Shown here piece by piece: positions 26,339 to 43,317 of a stretch of 64,000 nucleotides of DNA (position 1 is its first letter; every line of letters begins with the position of its first letter). A program made the translations under genes and the position numbers. The notes under the pieces are model-generated. The model searched no databases. It saw nothing but the letters and a program-made list of their open reading frames with translations, and had not been told where the DNA came from. This DNA comes from Octopus vulgaris (lineage: Eukaryota). The stretch covers positions 83,390,001 through 83,454,000 of the forward strand of contig OX597818.1 in the NCBI GenBank assembly GCA_951406725.2. The letters run 5' to 3'.

Positions 26339-28749
26339 TTCATGTATGAAATCTTAAGATGTCCTACACATTACCTTGCTTTGGCTGTACAGAAACTATG
26401 ATGAAATGTTTGCCAGTCATGGACATTCCATCCTTTTTCTGAGCATCCTCATTCTAAGAATACATCATCACATTGTCCTGATTTCAACACATGTGAGTAT
26501 AATTCAGGGAGATTTGGAGAGCTATTTTCAGCAGGTCAACCGACGAACTATAGGCTTACAAAATCTCTTGGGCAGAAGAGTAAAATGTATACAATATATA
26601 TAACCGGTATTAAATAACAATTTGACTCCAAGAAATATAATGGAAACTTAGCTTGCATCATATAATGAAACGGTTTATTAATATTTTATTTCATTATCGT
26701 CTATTTCATTGCATATATTTAAAAATACGTGTGTGTTTATATTCGTGTGTGTGTGCGTGTGCACGTGTATTTGTGTATGTGAGTGTGTGCGTGTGTGTTG
26801 AGATATATGTGTGTTTGTATTTGTGAGAGTATTCGGGAAGAAGACCGGATAATGTTACAATATTTCTCAGTCAATATCTAGTTAGAGGTGTCTATTGAAT
26901 AACCTCTGTTTATTGCAATATACCAGGAAGTAGTGACGCGTATTATTCAACAAAACCTAATTAATAATGAATAGACAAATTTAGAATCAGAATTAATAAT
27001 TACTTCCGCTGGAGAATATAAATGACATCCACATTCACTACTACACAACGAGAACGAGAAAGTCTTTATGTGGTCGCACAGCTGCTAGAAGTATCAGCCA
27101 AGTTTCACTCAATATACAGTTTAAAATCAGTTAAAAAGTAGAAGAAAATAATATTAGAAAATTTGGTCCTACAAAATGTACCGTATGGTAACTGTTAGAA
27201 ACTGAGTGATAATAGATGTAGATTATAGATCTAATAGAGATGACAATCGTTGTCACACTGGAAATATTGCTTAGCAACATTTCTTCTGGTTTTAGGTCCT
27301 AAGTTAAAATCTTGCAGAACGACTTTGCTTTTATTTCATCCTTTCATGGTCGCTAAATTAAGTAGCAATCTGCCTATCTATCTATATACGACGGGCTTCT
27401 TTCATTTTCCGTCTAGCAAATCCACTCACTAGAATCTGGTTAGCCCGCGACTATAGTAGAAGACACTTGCCCAAGTTGCCACGGAGTGAGATTCAACCAG
27501 GAGCCATGTGGTTAAAAAGCAAGCTCCTTAACACACAGCCACGCCAGCACTCATTTATAAATAAATAAATAAATAAATAAATTTATATATATATATATAT
27601 ATATACATACATATTTGAGAGTAAAACGGGAAAATCACGCGCAGTCTGTCTCCTAAGTAATACTAACTTCCTAAAACTAATCTGACAGGTAGTCTGAGAT
27701 AAAAATGATCTCCATTATTTAAAGATATACAGGCATTAAATGGCAGTATTTTTAATTCATTAGTTATAATTGTTTCAATACATGAAAAATTCATTTCGTG
27801 TATAACTACACAGAAATTAGCCATATTAACCACATTAATCTCCCGGAGTTGCTAAACGGGTCTTGGTAGACCATTCCCAATGAAAACGACATTAATCTTG
27901 CATAAAATTCAAATTTTCGGGAATACCAATGGTATATCCTCAGGTGATAACTGCTTAGTTTTATAGTTAATTACAAGTAGCATATATTTTCGGAGATTAA
28001 TTGAATAAAAAATATTTTTTAAATTATCCTTTAGTGAGAAGGATCTAATATTAAAATTGCATGCATACATTCGGCGACATAGAAATTTTATGTGCACACA
28101 CGCACACAGAGTCATGTTCACGCACACACACGCGCGCACAGACAGTCGTGCTCACGCGCGTACACAAACACACACACTTATACACACATGGATATTATTG
28201 AACACGTAACTTGAAGTTCGATGCAAACTGTATATCAATAAATATATATATCCTCTATAAGTCTTGCGCACACTTCTTTCATTCAGTCTCACTCAGGATA
28301 ACATAAACCAACGTATAGATATCTATATATGTGTTTGTATGTGTGTGTGTGAATGTGTATTTTGAGTGTTTGTGAGTGTGTGTGTGATAGAGAGAGAGAA
28401 TACATAGTGTGTATGTGTGTGTGTGAGTGTGTGTGTTTGCCCGCATGTATGAACTGGAAAAATACAAATTTTTATTTAAGATTCAGTGAACTAAAATACC
28501 TTCAGTGTTTCAAGGAAATTTCACGGCATCTAAGTCATTTCCTTTTTATATAAAAGCGACGAACAGAGAACGAAAAAGAGAAAATATACAGTGAAAGAGA
28601 AAGAGAGAGAGAGAGAGAGAGAGTAAGAAAGAAAGAGGGAGAGAGTGGGGGAGAAAGAGGGAGAGTGAGAGAGAGAATTTGTGTAAGCAAGAGAAACAGA
28701 GAATGAGAAAAGTCAGAGAAGAGAGAAATAAACGGAGAGGGAAAAGGGT

Positions 28750-28968
28750 GGGAATCAGTTGTAAACCGAAGAACACTTTAGAGAAAAACGCGTGCAAAAC
28801 ACCTTTTCCCCCGGTTTCTCGCTTTACGCTAGATCTCTGGGTAAAATGTTATAGTGCATGACCATCTTTGGCACATAAGTATTGTGTTTGTAAAGTTTGG
28901 TGAAAATCGGTTGAAAACTGTAGAAATGCATACGTACTACACACACACAGACATACTTTGTTATATAT
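28750..28968 (-). mobile_element. Helitron-type 5' end fragment in tandem with the adjacent Helitron
   Basis: Minus strand TATATAACAAAGTATGTCTGTGTGTGTG..TTCTACAGTTTTCAACCGATTTTCACCAAACTT resembles the 5' end at ~30280-30497 (..CCTACAATTTTCAACCGAATTTGACAAATTT). Confidence 0.6.
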
Positions 28969-28969
28969 A

Positions 28970-30497
<1,528 letters not shown>

Positions 30498-30522
30498 TAT
30501 CTATAGATTATATTATATTATA

Positions 30523-30812
30523 GCATGGCTTGGTGGTTAGGGTGTTGCACTCACGGTCACCAGATCGTGGTTTCATTTCCTAGACTGGGTGGAGTGTTGT
30601 GTTCTTGAGCAAAAGATTTCATCTGATGTTGCTCTGCGTTCACTTCGACACCTGACGCTTGGAGCACACTGCACTTCTTCAGGCAACGCTGATTCCATGG
30701 CAGGAGTGAGCCGAAGTATGGCACATGCATTTGATCACTATAAATAAATTACTGTGTAGTTCGTTCGGCAAAACCTGAACATTCATACGACGTCTTCGAC
30801 TGGAGACTCCAA
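30523..30812 (+). mobile_element. Diverged tRNA-derived SINE
   Basis: GCATGGCTTGGTGGTTAGGGTGTTGCACTCACGGTC..GTGGTTTCATTTCC..GTGTTGTGTTCTTGAGCAAAAG, a head related to group A and to 54780-55108. Confidence 0.7.
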
Positions 30813-31592
30813 TGTATTTACCTGTACTATTTATAAAGTATAATACCTATAGGATGCGAATTAAACGTTTAGAAAGCAAAGAACTATTTTTAACAATTAC
30901 GAATTAATACAGTAGAGTATATTTAATCTTTATTAATCAACGGAAAAGAATAAAGGTAAAAATAATTTTTTACACAATATATGCAATTTAACCTACTTCT
31001 AAAATAGGATTTGTTTACTAAATACAAAGTACGATATATTCCATGATATTGCACAGCATTCTGGGATTGCTAAACATTTTAGATATCATGAAGCCGGATA
31101 AGTACTACGGTATTGTATAGTAAAATCAGCAGAATATATCACTAATTTTACGTGAAGGCTCAATCGTCTTTTGATACTGAGAAAACTGTCATAAAAACTA
31201 TAAGCTTTTGGGAACGTATTACTTATTGAAGGAAAAATATGTATTCTATAAACATTTAAATCAAAGCAAATCGGAATATACGAAAGTAGTCGGAAGCTAT
31301 GGAAGTATGAAACTACAATTCAAACGTAAATAATATAGTTTAGTACTACTTATATCACGGTCATATTTATTTACATACACGTGTGTGGGTGTGAGTGTGT
31401 GCGTATATGTGCTTGTGTGTTTGTGTGTGCGTGTGGGTGCGTATGTGTGCGAGTGTATGCTTCTCATTGGATTCATAAATTGTAATGTTATAAATAACAG
31501 AACTTGCTGATGAAAGGCTTCACATCTTTGATAATCAAATTTATGCATTTTCGATTGGCTGGGATTTTAACTCTTATCTCAAATCCTTACAT

Positions 31593-31632
<40 letters not shown>

Positions 31633-31647
31633 AAACACATATATACA

Positions 31648-31693
<46 letters not shown>

Positions 31694-31742
31694 TACATAT
31701 ATATATACGCTTATTTATATATATGTATGTATATATATATAA

Positions 31743-31797
<55 letters not shown>

Positions 31798-32899
31798 TGT
31801 GTGTGCTTGTGTGTGTGTGCGTTCGTGTGTGCATACACACATTGTTGATATTTTAGATGTTTTAACATTGTGTATGTAGAGAGAATTTGTAACTGAAACT
31901 TACTTCTTTCTTTCCTATCCTATTTCAATATCAAAATGGCATTGATAAATAGACAATGGAGCACAAAATAAACAATTGCCAAAGGAAGTATCGAAGAGAT
32001 TTTGATATTCTTCGGCGATGTAAGACTGTTTAAACAAATAGCCGTATTTGTGTCTCGAACGACTAGGATGTGTTACATATGTGTAAGCGCACGTATATTA
32101 ATCCTCTAAGCTTGCAAAACATGTTAGTATTAGAAGCAATTCATGACACAATATACAGAAAATTTGTAAGAAACCGACGTATATTAGCCTGAGTTAAATC
32201 ACCAAATCTTCTACTCAAGATATTGGAAAATAAAATTTAGTTTTTCGTTTACATATTTTCCGGCTAATTATCATATTCTTTTATTGGATTGAATAATCGT
32301 TTAATCCACCCCTAGTAAACAAACACACTTAGTGTTAGCGTAAACACGTTTTCGGTTTTAAAAAATTTGAAATCTTAGCGATACAGAGAATGTTATCCTT
32401 ATTTGAAACATCAGCCACATTGATGGTTCTTTACGATTTATGTTCCCAAATTACGTGATGGTATTATTAAGCGTATGTACGTGCTGAGTGCATTGTCACA
32501 TAGAGAACGTGTTGCTGTTTCCTCAAAGCGTAGACTAGGTTAAAAATGCAATCCGCCAAAGAGCATATGGGATAATCCATTTACGTTATGTAAACATAAT
32601 CATATTTTAAAGAATTTGCGAAAAGGAGTCAAATCTTAAAAAAAGTATATGAAATCAGGCAATGATTAAAAAGATTGGGGGAAATTTGATTCGCCTGAAA
32701 ATATCTAAAATTGTCACGTATACCGGAATATGATGCTTATTTATACGGTCATTATATTGGAAAAGTTTTCAATTTACGACACGCGATATATGATAAAAAA
32801 AAAGACAAACAAAACACATACGTTTAATATTTTCAGCGATCTGTTGAGTAAGACTATTTTGCAATATGATTTCGGAATTCAATTTCATCCCATTTTCCT

Positions 32900-33290
32900 T
32901 TTAGCTTCACTCTTTGGGAAGCATCCATGCTGGAGTACTGCCTCGAACAAATTGACCCCAGTACTTATTTGCAAAAAACTGGTTATTATTCTATCGGTCG
33001 GTTTGTGCTGAACAGATAAGTTACGAGGATGTAAACATATCAACACCATTTGCTAGGTGGCGGGGGCTAAACACTGACACAAGCACACACACACGCACAC
33101 ATACATCACTTAGCAACCGATGTCAATGTGTTTATGTGAACGTGACAAAAGAGACCGATATAAAAAGTACTAGGTTTACAAAGAATAAATCCTAAGGTCG
33201 ATCTCTTGGACTAAAACCATCAACGTTGGTGCTCCAGCATGACTGCAATCAAATAACGGGAACAAGTCAAAGAATAAAAGAATAAGTATA
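32900..33290. mobile_element. Two group B SINE tail fragments in opposite orientation
   Basis: 32900-33090 is a reverse-complement tail and 33110-33290 a forward tail (GGTGCTCCAGCATGACTGCAATCAAAT). Confidence 0.7.
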
Positions 33291-33291
33291 C

Positions 33292-33328
<37 letters not shown>

Positions 33329-33405
33329 TAGATAGATATATATATATGTGTGTGTGTGTGTGTGTATGTATATATATATATATATATACATATACATACA
33401 TACCC

Positions 33406-33437
<32 letters not shown>

Positions 33438-35249
33438 TTGTGTGTGCGTGCGTCTGGGTTTTGCGTCTTACAGTTTCGTTCTACCAATTCCACTCAAAGG
33501 TTTTTGTCGACCAGGGTGCCACGCAATAGGACTGAAACTTTGACCATATTGTTGGGAAGCAAGATTCTTTACCACACAGCTTCGGCTGCATTCAGTTGAA
33601 TATGATATCTTCATGCAATTAAAATGAAAGCAAGATTTTCAAAGTATAGTTGGGGGTGAGCCCCGTACTGCATAAAGATTTAGAGGTAACATATAAAATA
33701 TTGCAATATCGCTTATTTGAATAAATTCGTGCCACCACGGAAGTCTCTATATGGTCGTTTGTTTCTTAAGAAGTAACAACCAAATCTCATTCTATCAATA
33801 TAATAACATCTTAAATACAGCGATAATTGCAGCTTTTATAACCGGAATAATTTTGATCGTGGATAAGCTCGATCACAGGTGACCTGCAGGTGAATAACGA
33901 GAAGAGCTTCGAGCAGTCATCATAGGCATGTGAAGGTGCTCATCTAACTCAAAATATTAAATTTTGAGCACCAAGTACAATGAGGGTATTAGTCGTCGGT
34001 TTTGTAATATTTTTTGGAATCTTTAGAAGTAAATTTTCCTTTTAAAACTCTTATTTTGAAATGGTGATGTCTTCTTATTTATAGTACAATATTAGAGTTA
34101 GGAATAAAGCGATGATCTGTCAGAATCGTTAGCATGGCGTGCAAAATGCTTAGCGGTATTTCATCTGTCTTTACGTTCTGAGTTTAAATTCCGCCAAAGT
34201 TGACTTTGCGTTTCATCCTTTCGGGGTCGATAAAAAGTGCCAGTTAATTCAAGTTAATTCCTCCCTGGAACTCGCTAGCCTACGAGTCATAGGGATTTTG
34301 ACTATGAGAATTTTAAGTATCTTGGCTTCAGGTGTTGCGAAATTGCTGGTCACAGTACAAGAGACATTTTCTCTTCCGTCAGAAACCCATTCAGCGGAGA
34401 TTGTCCATGAAATTGTTCATAAATGACAATAAATATTCAAAAGCTTTATTGATCGAAAAATGTATATTATCTGCAAGACAATAATTGTATTTTAACTGCA
34501 TAAGAGGAAAGTTATCTACAAAATGTGAACGTTAGCTGAAAAAGATTAAGATTATCTCCAAATCAGTTATCTTTACCTATCTTCACCTATAGTAAAGAGT
34601 CTTTTACAATGACTGAAGATGTAAACAAGCAGCTGAAATAGAATTCCTCCGATATTTCTGGAGTAATATTTGTCAACAATGTATATAGCTCGGCTTTTAG
34701 GAATTCTCTCTAGGATCAGCTACTACTACCCCGCCTCGAAAAGTTACAAATATATTATTAGAATATCGCGGGAAACAATCGCAAGACGGATTGTTTAGGT
34801 TCAGGCAACCGGCAGGAAACTCAGAGATAAACCAAAAAGAAAATCATTAGATACTGTTCTTAGTCTCAGTTGATGACGCTTGGGAATCCCGCAGGAAAAT
34901 CTAATCACGGTTGCTTGTGATAGGACCCGATCAACTTTATACCCACGACCCTCGACGTAAAAGGAAACGGAGAACATGAACGAGTTGATAGAATACCCAT
35001 CTTCTGCAGTTTACTGCAGAAGATGGGTATTAGCTGCAAAAAGAGGGAGCCAGCTACAAAACTGGATGATATCTGCACAGAAAAATACGTGAGCCTCAAA
35101 CATTATTAGTGACAAAAAATATTTTAATATGACAATAACATATTTATTTAGCTATTAGTTTGGTAATCCCACATCCTTTTATCATGAAATGTTTCAACAA
35201 AACACCAGGTGCAACAACACATCAAGGTGCAACACAATAAAGTCCATTC

Positions 35250-35513
35250 TATGATCATTCCCAAGTTTAAAGCAAAATTTAACGTTGGCTCTATGTTCAA
35301 ACTTCCTGTCCATGACAAAAATCACAAGCTACAGTATACACTTGATTTTTTAAAAAACCCACAGATTTCACTACTTGCGAAGTAAGCACAGCGTTGTCAT
35401 TCGGCATGCTACCTCACGTAGGTCACTGCTAGATCTTATTGCAACCACTACCGTGTGATGCCAGCTGCTGGCGTGCTATTGAACTAGTCAGAGATCTTTT
35501 TCATACCACCTCG
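35250..35513. mobile_element. Mariner-like terminal fragment
   Basis: Ends CTTTTTCATACCACCTCG-TA, a mariner-type TIR followed by TA; the other end was not found. Confidence 0.5.
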
Positions 35514-36557
35514 TAGTAAAGAAAACCACGTCGTCGCGTTCTGCTAACTTAAAGTATCTAACGTTAGACTAAAATCAGGCGTACTTTCAAATGCATTCCA
35601 TAATCAACATTAACTAACACACTAATGTATATCTTGGAAGGTTTACAAGATATCACACCGAACCCCAAGTCCAAGAAGTGATGTATACAATCACTCATTC
35701 TGCTAGAAATAGCAATTAAACTTATATCAAATCACACAATTTTGCTTTTTACAAAGGAATAATGCATTGGGTAATATATAATTGATATAAAACAAGGCAG
35801 GATGGTCTTGCTGGTATAACTTTGGCTGTAGAGTTTCCACCAAGTGCTGTGTTTTGAAACTGAATCTATAAACATGTAATTGGGAAGCAAATCTCCTTAG
35901 CACAAACGCCAGCAAAAGCGCGCGCGCACACACACACACATCAGACTTGTACTAGAGGAAGCCCGTTAAAAGCACCCCAGAAGCAGGAGGTGGTATAAAG
36001 CAAAGAGGTAGCTTAGATCTCTATTTCAACACGAGAAACAAGCCACCAAATAGGTCGTTCTAGCAATAATACCAGCTAAATCTTAATTTGCATAAAAATG
36101 GACATGCTTTCCTGGGTTCTGTGTACATAGGGAGAAAGATTGAATAGTTAAGGCTGGAACTACTTTGATCATTCGTCTGCTCGATCAAAGATGACCTGAG
36201 GTTAAACAGTAGCAAAAACAACAACAAAAACACAACAGAGTGATCGACATTATAGAGTGATACGCCACATCACACTTCAACAGTGTGAAAATACGGAAGG
36301 AAATTAACCAAAGAAATAAATAAATGAAAATGAAATGAAACAAAATAAAATAATAAAGTCTACAAAAATATGAAATCAAAACCTGATTATGCAAATTAAA
36401 TTTAACAAGATCTATAAATTATAGAGTAATTTATTTCATTGTTTAGTCTCAATCATTATTCTTGCTTGTCTATGTGTTTATGTTGCTATTACAAACAATT
36501 ATTATTTTAGATTACTATAGTCGACACATACACACAAGAACCACATATACACATAGA

Positions 36558-36644
<87 letters not shown>

Positions 36645-36653
36645 GTATATATA

Positions 36654-36694
<41 letters not shown>

Positions 36695-37209
36695 TAAATA
36701 TATATACATAAATACAGAATATTGTATATATTTGTGTCTAAGTGCGTTTATTTATATGCATACGTATTAATATCTTTGCGCACACACACACACATATAAA
36801 TACATAAATACATATATACACATAATTGTAAACACACACACAGATATATATGTTGTTGTTTTTTTTCCTATTTTCATTCTATTATTTTTTCTTGATTTCA
36901 TTTTCACTTTTGTTTGTTTTTGTGTTTGTTGTTTGAATTATTATTATATTTTTTTCAATTTCTTTTATCAATTTAGAGCCGCTGTTAAATTCTTTTATTT
37001 TAATATTTCGAATTATCATGTTAAAATAATATTTCTCCATTTAATTATTATCATATTTCTTTTTTCGTCTTCTTTTTTTTTTGTTCGCTTTGAATTAATT
37101 TTATATTTTTTATTATGTGTTGTTCGTAAACTATATTGTTACACTTAGCTCGTTTTTCATTTCTTTGTTTGCCTCAATAATGTGTTATATATATATATAC
37201 ATAATATAC

Positions 37210-37263
<54 letters not shown>

Positions 37264-37322
37264 ATATATGTGTATATATGTGTGTATGTATGTATATGTA
37301 TATATGTATGAATATGTATATG

Positions 37323-37358
<36 letters not shown>

Positions 37359-38407
37359 ATAATATAAAATTATAAATACACATATTCATAACAATAATAT
37401 ACACAGGCATATATTATACAACGCAAATACAAGGACGTCATAACATAGGCGCATGAACACATACACAGAGAATACAAATACGCACGCACACATACACAAA
37501 CACAAACACAGGAGTGTTTGTGTGTGTGAAGAGAGACAGAGAAATGGGCGATAGACATAGAGAGTCAGAGAGAGAAAACAAATGGACGTTGAACTAGCAG
37601 AATCGGTATAGCTTCGGATCGGACGTCTTGCGGGGTTTCTTACGAATGTATGTGCTTCTGAGTTCGAATATTACTGTGGTCAATACAAGGTCAATGCAAT
37701 AACAGAGAAAGAAAAGAGAGAGAGAGAGAGAGAGAGACTCGGTGGAAATGTTGAGCATGACATTCAGTGTTCTTTGCTCTCGCTTGACCCTATATGAATC
37801 GGCGTTGAATTCGCAACATTTTGCAATAGCACCCCTCCCAAAAATAAAAAAAAAAAATAAACCGAGTCTTTCAGGAAATGGAATATTAGCAATAGACTTA
37901 GAATATCCTGAAAAAAAGGTATGTTTCTACCTTTGTGCTTATCACATACTGCGCAGTAACCCAGCTGATAAAAGTGATTGGAAGAGGACTTGGATGTCTT
38001 ATCTATGCATATGTGTATTGTATATTACTTTGGGTGTGTTTGTGTATGTATGTGCGTGTGTATGAGTGAGTGCGTGTGTGCTTGCGCGTGCGTGATTGGT
38101 GGGATGAATTATATTTCACATTGTAATCATTTTATAATTTCGGATTAATTCCTTTTAAACGTTCGCCATATTGCTATATACAATAAATGTATACATACAT
38201 GTATGTCATTGCTCAGTTTAATTTCAAAATATCTTGCTAATAGAGAAAAAACCGGTTTGTAACCTAGACCCAAGGCTCCTTCATTGTAATTTCATCATCA
38301 ACAGTATATTTTTGTATGTATGTATGTATGTATGTATGTATGAATGAATGAATGTGTGAAGATTTGTATGTTATGTTTTACGTATGTATTATATTCTCAT
38401 GCATATA

Positions 38408-38639
38408 TATTTCTTTACTGCCCACAAGGGGCTAAACATAGAGGGGACAAACAAAGACAGACAAAGGGAGTAAGTCGATTACATCGACCCCAGTGCAAAA
38501 CTGGTACTTTATTTATCGACCCCGAAAGGATGAAAGGTAAAGTCGACCTCGGCGGTATTTGAGCTCAGAACGTAACGATAGACGAAATACCGCTAAGCAT
38601 TTCGCCCGGCGCGCTAACGTTTCTGCCAGCTCGCCGCTT
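38408..38639 (-). mobile_element. Full-length group C SINE, young
   Basis: Head GCGGCGAGCTGGCAGAAACGTTAGC; central CCTTTCATCCTTTCGGGGTCGATAAATAAAGTACCAG; perfect 14-bp TSD TTCTCATGCATATA at 38394-38407 and 38640-38653. Confidence 0.92.
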
Positions 38640-39324
38640 TTCTCATGCATATAGTTACATGTCTAGACATGGTCATATATATTTAAATGATAAACTTCTG
38701 GAAAGTTTTACAGATTCTTACTGTTCCAGTGATGGATTGGATCTGTAGTCTTCGAATTAGCTTCCTCCTTTCTGGTTTTGAGAAATGTGTGTATGTATGT
38801 ATGTACATATTTTATGTATATAATGTGTGTGTGTCTGTGTATGAATATATGTGCATATATATGTATATGTGTGTGTGTGTGTTTGCATCGTGTGAGTGTA
38901 CGTTTGTGTATGTGTGTGTATGTGTGAGTGTAAGCTTTCTACAGGTTCTTAATATTTTTTTGCAATGTGTTTGTATGTATGTGTGTGTATTGGTTCATGT
39001 GTGGGCTTGTGTGAGTGTGTGCGTGTATCTTTGTTTATGGGTGGGCTTGTGTGTGTATGTGCGTGTATCCGTGATTGTATGTGTATTTGTGAGAATGTAT
39101 ATGAGGGTGCGTTAACTTCATTTCAAAACAAAGACAGACATTGATTTATATTGACAATCAAATGATGGGTTGAGAGTGGTGGGAGGGCGGGAAATGAATT
39201 CTATTTAAATACTGAACTGTGAATAAATATCCTATGTACTCACATCACAGCCATCTTCTTTAGCATTGATTCGGTGGAATTATCATCTACATTTCACTGT
39301 CTGACCACCTTGAATGCTGCTACA

Positions 39325-39444
39325 ACGACAATGACGAGGACGATGACGAGGAGGATGGTAATGATGATGATGATGATGGTAATGATGATGATGTTGGTAA
39401 TGATGATGATGATGGTAATGATAACGATGTTGGTAATGATGATA

Positions 39445-39495
<51 letters not shown>

Positions 39496-39540
39496 GTGAT
39501 GATGGTAATGATAATGATGGTGGTAATGGTGATGATGATG
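39325..39540. repeat. (ATG)n-type trinucleotide repeat
   Basis: Direct reading. Confidence 0.95.
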
Positions 39541-39722
39541 TTCTTTATTATCGTGAAGTACATCAATAACAGGGCTAGTTTTATTTCATTCGTTTATTTA
39601 TACATTTATATATGTATTTTTGTTAATATCGTCATCGCGAACACAACTCCCAACTATGATCAGCATCAAGGATGTTTTCGATGTGTGAATATGTGCGTAT
39701 GTATGTATGTAGTAATAATTGA

Positions 39723-40025
39723 TGAAGGAAACCGAAGATAAATTCAGTACTAGTCTTTATTCAGAACGTCGTTCGTTTCGACTCATCCAGAAGATGTTCA
39801 TTGCGAGTAGAATTTGGCGCATATAATTGTGTTGAGTTAATCTGTGCAGTTTGTGTCACATGAGTCTCAGGTGTAAAGAAAGGGATGTTCCGTTAGATGT
39901 ACAGAGATGTATTAGGCATTATGCTGGTCCCTGTCATATCTTGGTTAAACACCGGACAGTTATAGGATGAGTCGAAACGATCGTCATACGGAAGAAAGGA
40001 CCAAATCTATCTTCCGTTTCCTTCA
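39723..40025. mobile_element. Older inverted-repeat element with hammerhead remnants
   Basis: Arms 39723-39788 and 39965-40025 are diverged reverse complements; right arm reads GGATGAGTC-GAAAC-GATC-GTC. Confidence 0.6.
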
Positions 40026-40224
40026 ATAGTTATTATTATCACGGTTAACACAGCAGAATTCCTGAAGTAGATCCAGCGGAAATATATCCCAACCGTGGAT
40101 GACACCAGGCAGCCCAGACTGTGAACGGGCTTCACTCAACGCAGTAACTGACATATACCCAATAGTCTAATATATATATATATATATATTGCGTTCTTGT
40201 CCCATTTTTGTATATATATATATA

Positions 40225-40585
40225 GCGGTGCAGCAGTGGCTGTGTGGTAAGAGGTTTGCTTCCCAACATCATGGTTCCGGCTTCAGTCCTCACTGCGGGG
40301 CACCTTAGCCATTTGTCTCCTACTATAGCCTCGGGCTGACCAAAGTTTGTGAGTTTACTTAGTAGTTGGAAACTGAAAAAAGCCCGTCACATATATATAT
40401 ATGTGTGTGTGTGTGTATGTGTGTCTGTGTATGTCTGTGTGCATTTGTGTGTCTGAGGTTGTCCACCCACCCCCTTCGCTTGACTATCGATGTTAGAGTA
40501 TCTATGTCCCCGTAACATTACCGGTTCGGCAAAACAGACCGAATGAATAAGTACTAGGCTTACAAAGAATATATCCTGGGACCGA
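40225..40585 (+). mobile_element. Group B SINE
   Basis: Head AGTGGCTGTGTGGTAAG..GCTTCAGTCC, internal (TA)n(TG)n, partial tail. Further copies or fragments at 8960-9080(-), 10270-10425(+), 27385-27548(-), 33455-33585(-), 42428-42900(+), 58050-58470(-), 59415-59565(-). Confidence 0.85.
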
Positions 40586-40807
40586 ATTATATATAGCTGA
40601 GTATATACGCAGTAGATCCCCGGTTTCCGAGCACCTCTTATTACGAACAATTTTTCTAATGTAACACGTCTCAGGGTACGAAGGGAGTCTCGTGTAACAA
40701 ACGCAGAGATTGCAACAAACTGCGATAGTTGACGAAGGTTGCCTGTATTAGAAATATCCGTAAGATTATGGGGGGTTATACCAGTGTGACTGTGTACTTG
40801 GTGTACT

Positions 40808-41659
<852 letters not shown>

Positions 41660-41675
41660 TATTTTTCTACATACC

Positions 41676-41756
<81 letters not shown>

Positions 41757-42388
41757 ATATATACGCACACACACACAGAGTGAGAGACATTTCTGTGTGT
41801 GTGTGTGTCTGTGTAGTATATATATGCCGTTTCATTTATTCGTGGTATAAGTATTTTTCAAAAATTTGATTTGTTGACATATATATTGAAACATACAGCT
41901 GCTGTTTATTTTTTTTTTAATGTCATATTTTTTTTTATATTTTGCTTCAGAAAGAAAATAAATACTTTAAACCCATGAGAACTAATAATGCTTAAGGTAT
42001 TGTGAAGTGATGAGATTAGTAATTGCGTTGTCAGACATCTAGCAGGGACACTATCAAATACTAGGTCTTCGAATAAGTGGTAGTTTCACTAAATATGTTG
42101 TCTTTATATATATACTGTAGAAATGTGTCATGATATAGAGGAAGTTATATACAAAGGCACATACAGGCATAAATACACATGTATATGTATATACACACAC
42201 ACACATATATATGTGTGTGTGTGTCTGGATCTGTGTGTCGGTTTGTACATAAATGCACATCCGAGAATGTACAAGTGTACTTTTATATATGCATATAAGC
42301 ATGTACCGACCCGTGCCTCTCTACATAGGCATACATGTGTAACTGTATGCATATAAGCATTTATCTGTCTTTCTCTATCTATCTATCA

Positions 42389-42429
<41 letters not shown>

Positions 42430-42608
42430 CGGAGTGGCCGTGAGGTAAGAAACTTGCTTCCCAACTACTTGGTACCGGGATCAGTTCTACTGCGTGGTAC
42501 CTTGGTGATGTGTCTTCTATTATATCTTCGGGACGACAAAAATATTGTTATTGTATTTGTTAGACGGAAGCTGAAAGAAGTGCGTAAAATAATAACACAC
42601 ACACACAC

Positions 42609-42679
<71 letters not shown>

Positions 42680-42938
42680 GTATATATATATATTTATGCA
42701 TGTGTACTTGACCCATGAACGCTTGACATCTTGACCACAGATGTTCGTGTGTTTGCTTCCCCGTAAGATAGCGGTTCGGCAAAAGTGACCGAAATTATAA
42801 GTATTAGGCTTCCAAAGAATAAGTTCTGTGATCGATTTATTCGAGTAGAGGCAGTACTCCGCAGTCCAATGACTTATAAAATTAAAAGAATAAAAGAATA
42901 TATATACATACATGCATACATAGACACATACATACACG

Positions 42939-42994
<56 letters not shown>

Positions 42995-43005
42995 CATATA
43001 TCTTA

Positions 43006-43317
43006 GTTGAATAAAGTTAAAACATGGTTTTAGATTTCACATTTTTATCGTAAATAAAAGTAATTTTTTACAATGTTGAAGCGTGTTAAACTTTAAAAAT
43101 ATTATTTTGTAACGTTCATAAGGTCCATACGTTCGTCATAATCATCAGATTTGAAAATTTTGAAATTGCTATGTACGTATGAAAGCGCTAATTTAAATTT
43201 ATGAACATCACAAAATATATTCTTAATATTTAACACACTTCATCATTGTATAATGTATTTTTTTAAATACAATAATAGAAAACGTGAAAACGAGACCGTG
43301 TTGTAACTTTATTCAGC
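43006..43317. mobile_element. Diverged palindromic element with complementary hammerhead remnants
   Basis: Arms GTTGAATAAAGTTAAAACATGGT.. / ..ACCGTGTTGTAACTTTATTCAGC; left arm keeps TCATCAG (43142-43148), right arm keeps GAAAGCGCTA-ATTT (43181-43194). Confidence 0.65.

Noticed and set aside
27765-27950. Two hairpin-plus-GAAA strings on the minus strand, and a similar one near 58615-58660
   Set aside because: Catalytic cores are too degenerate to call without a family consensus.
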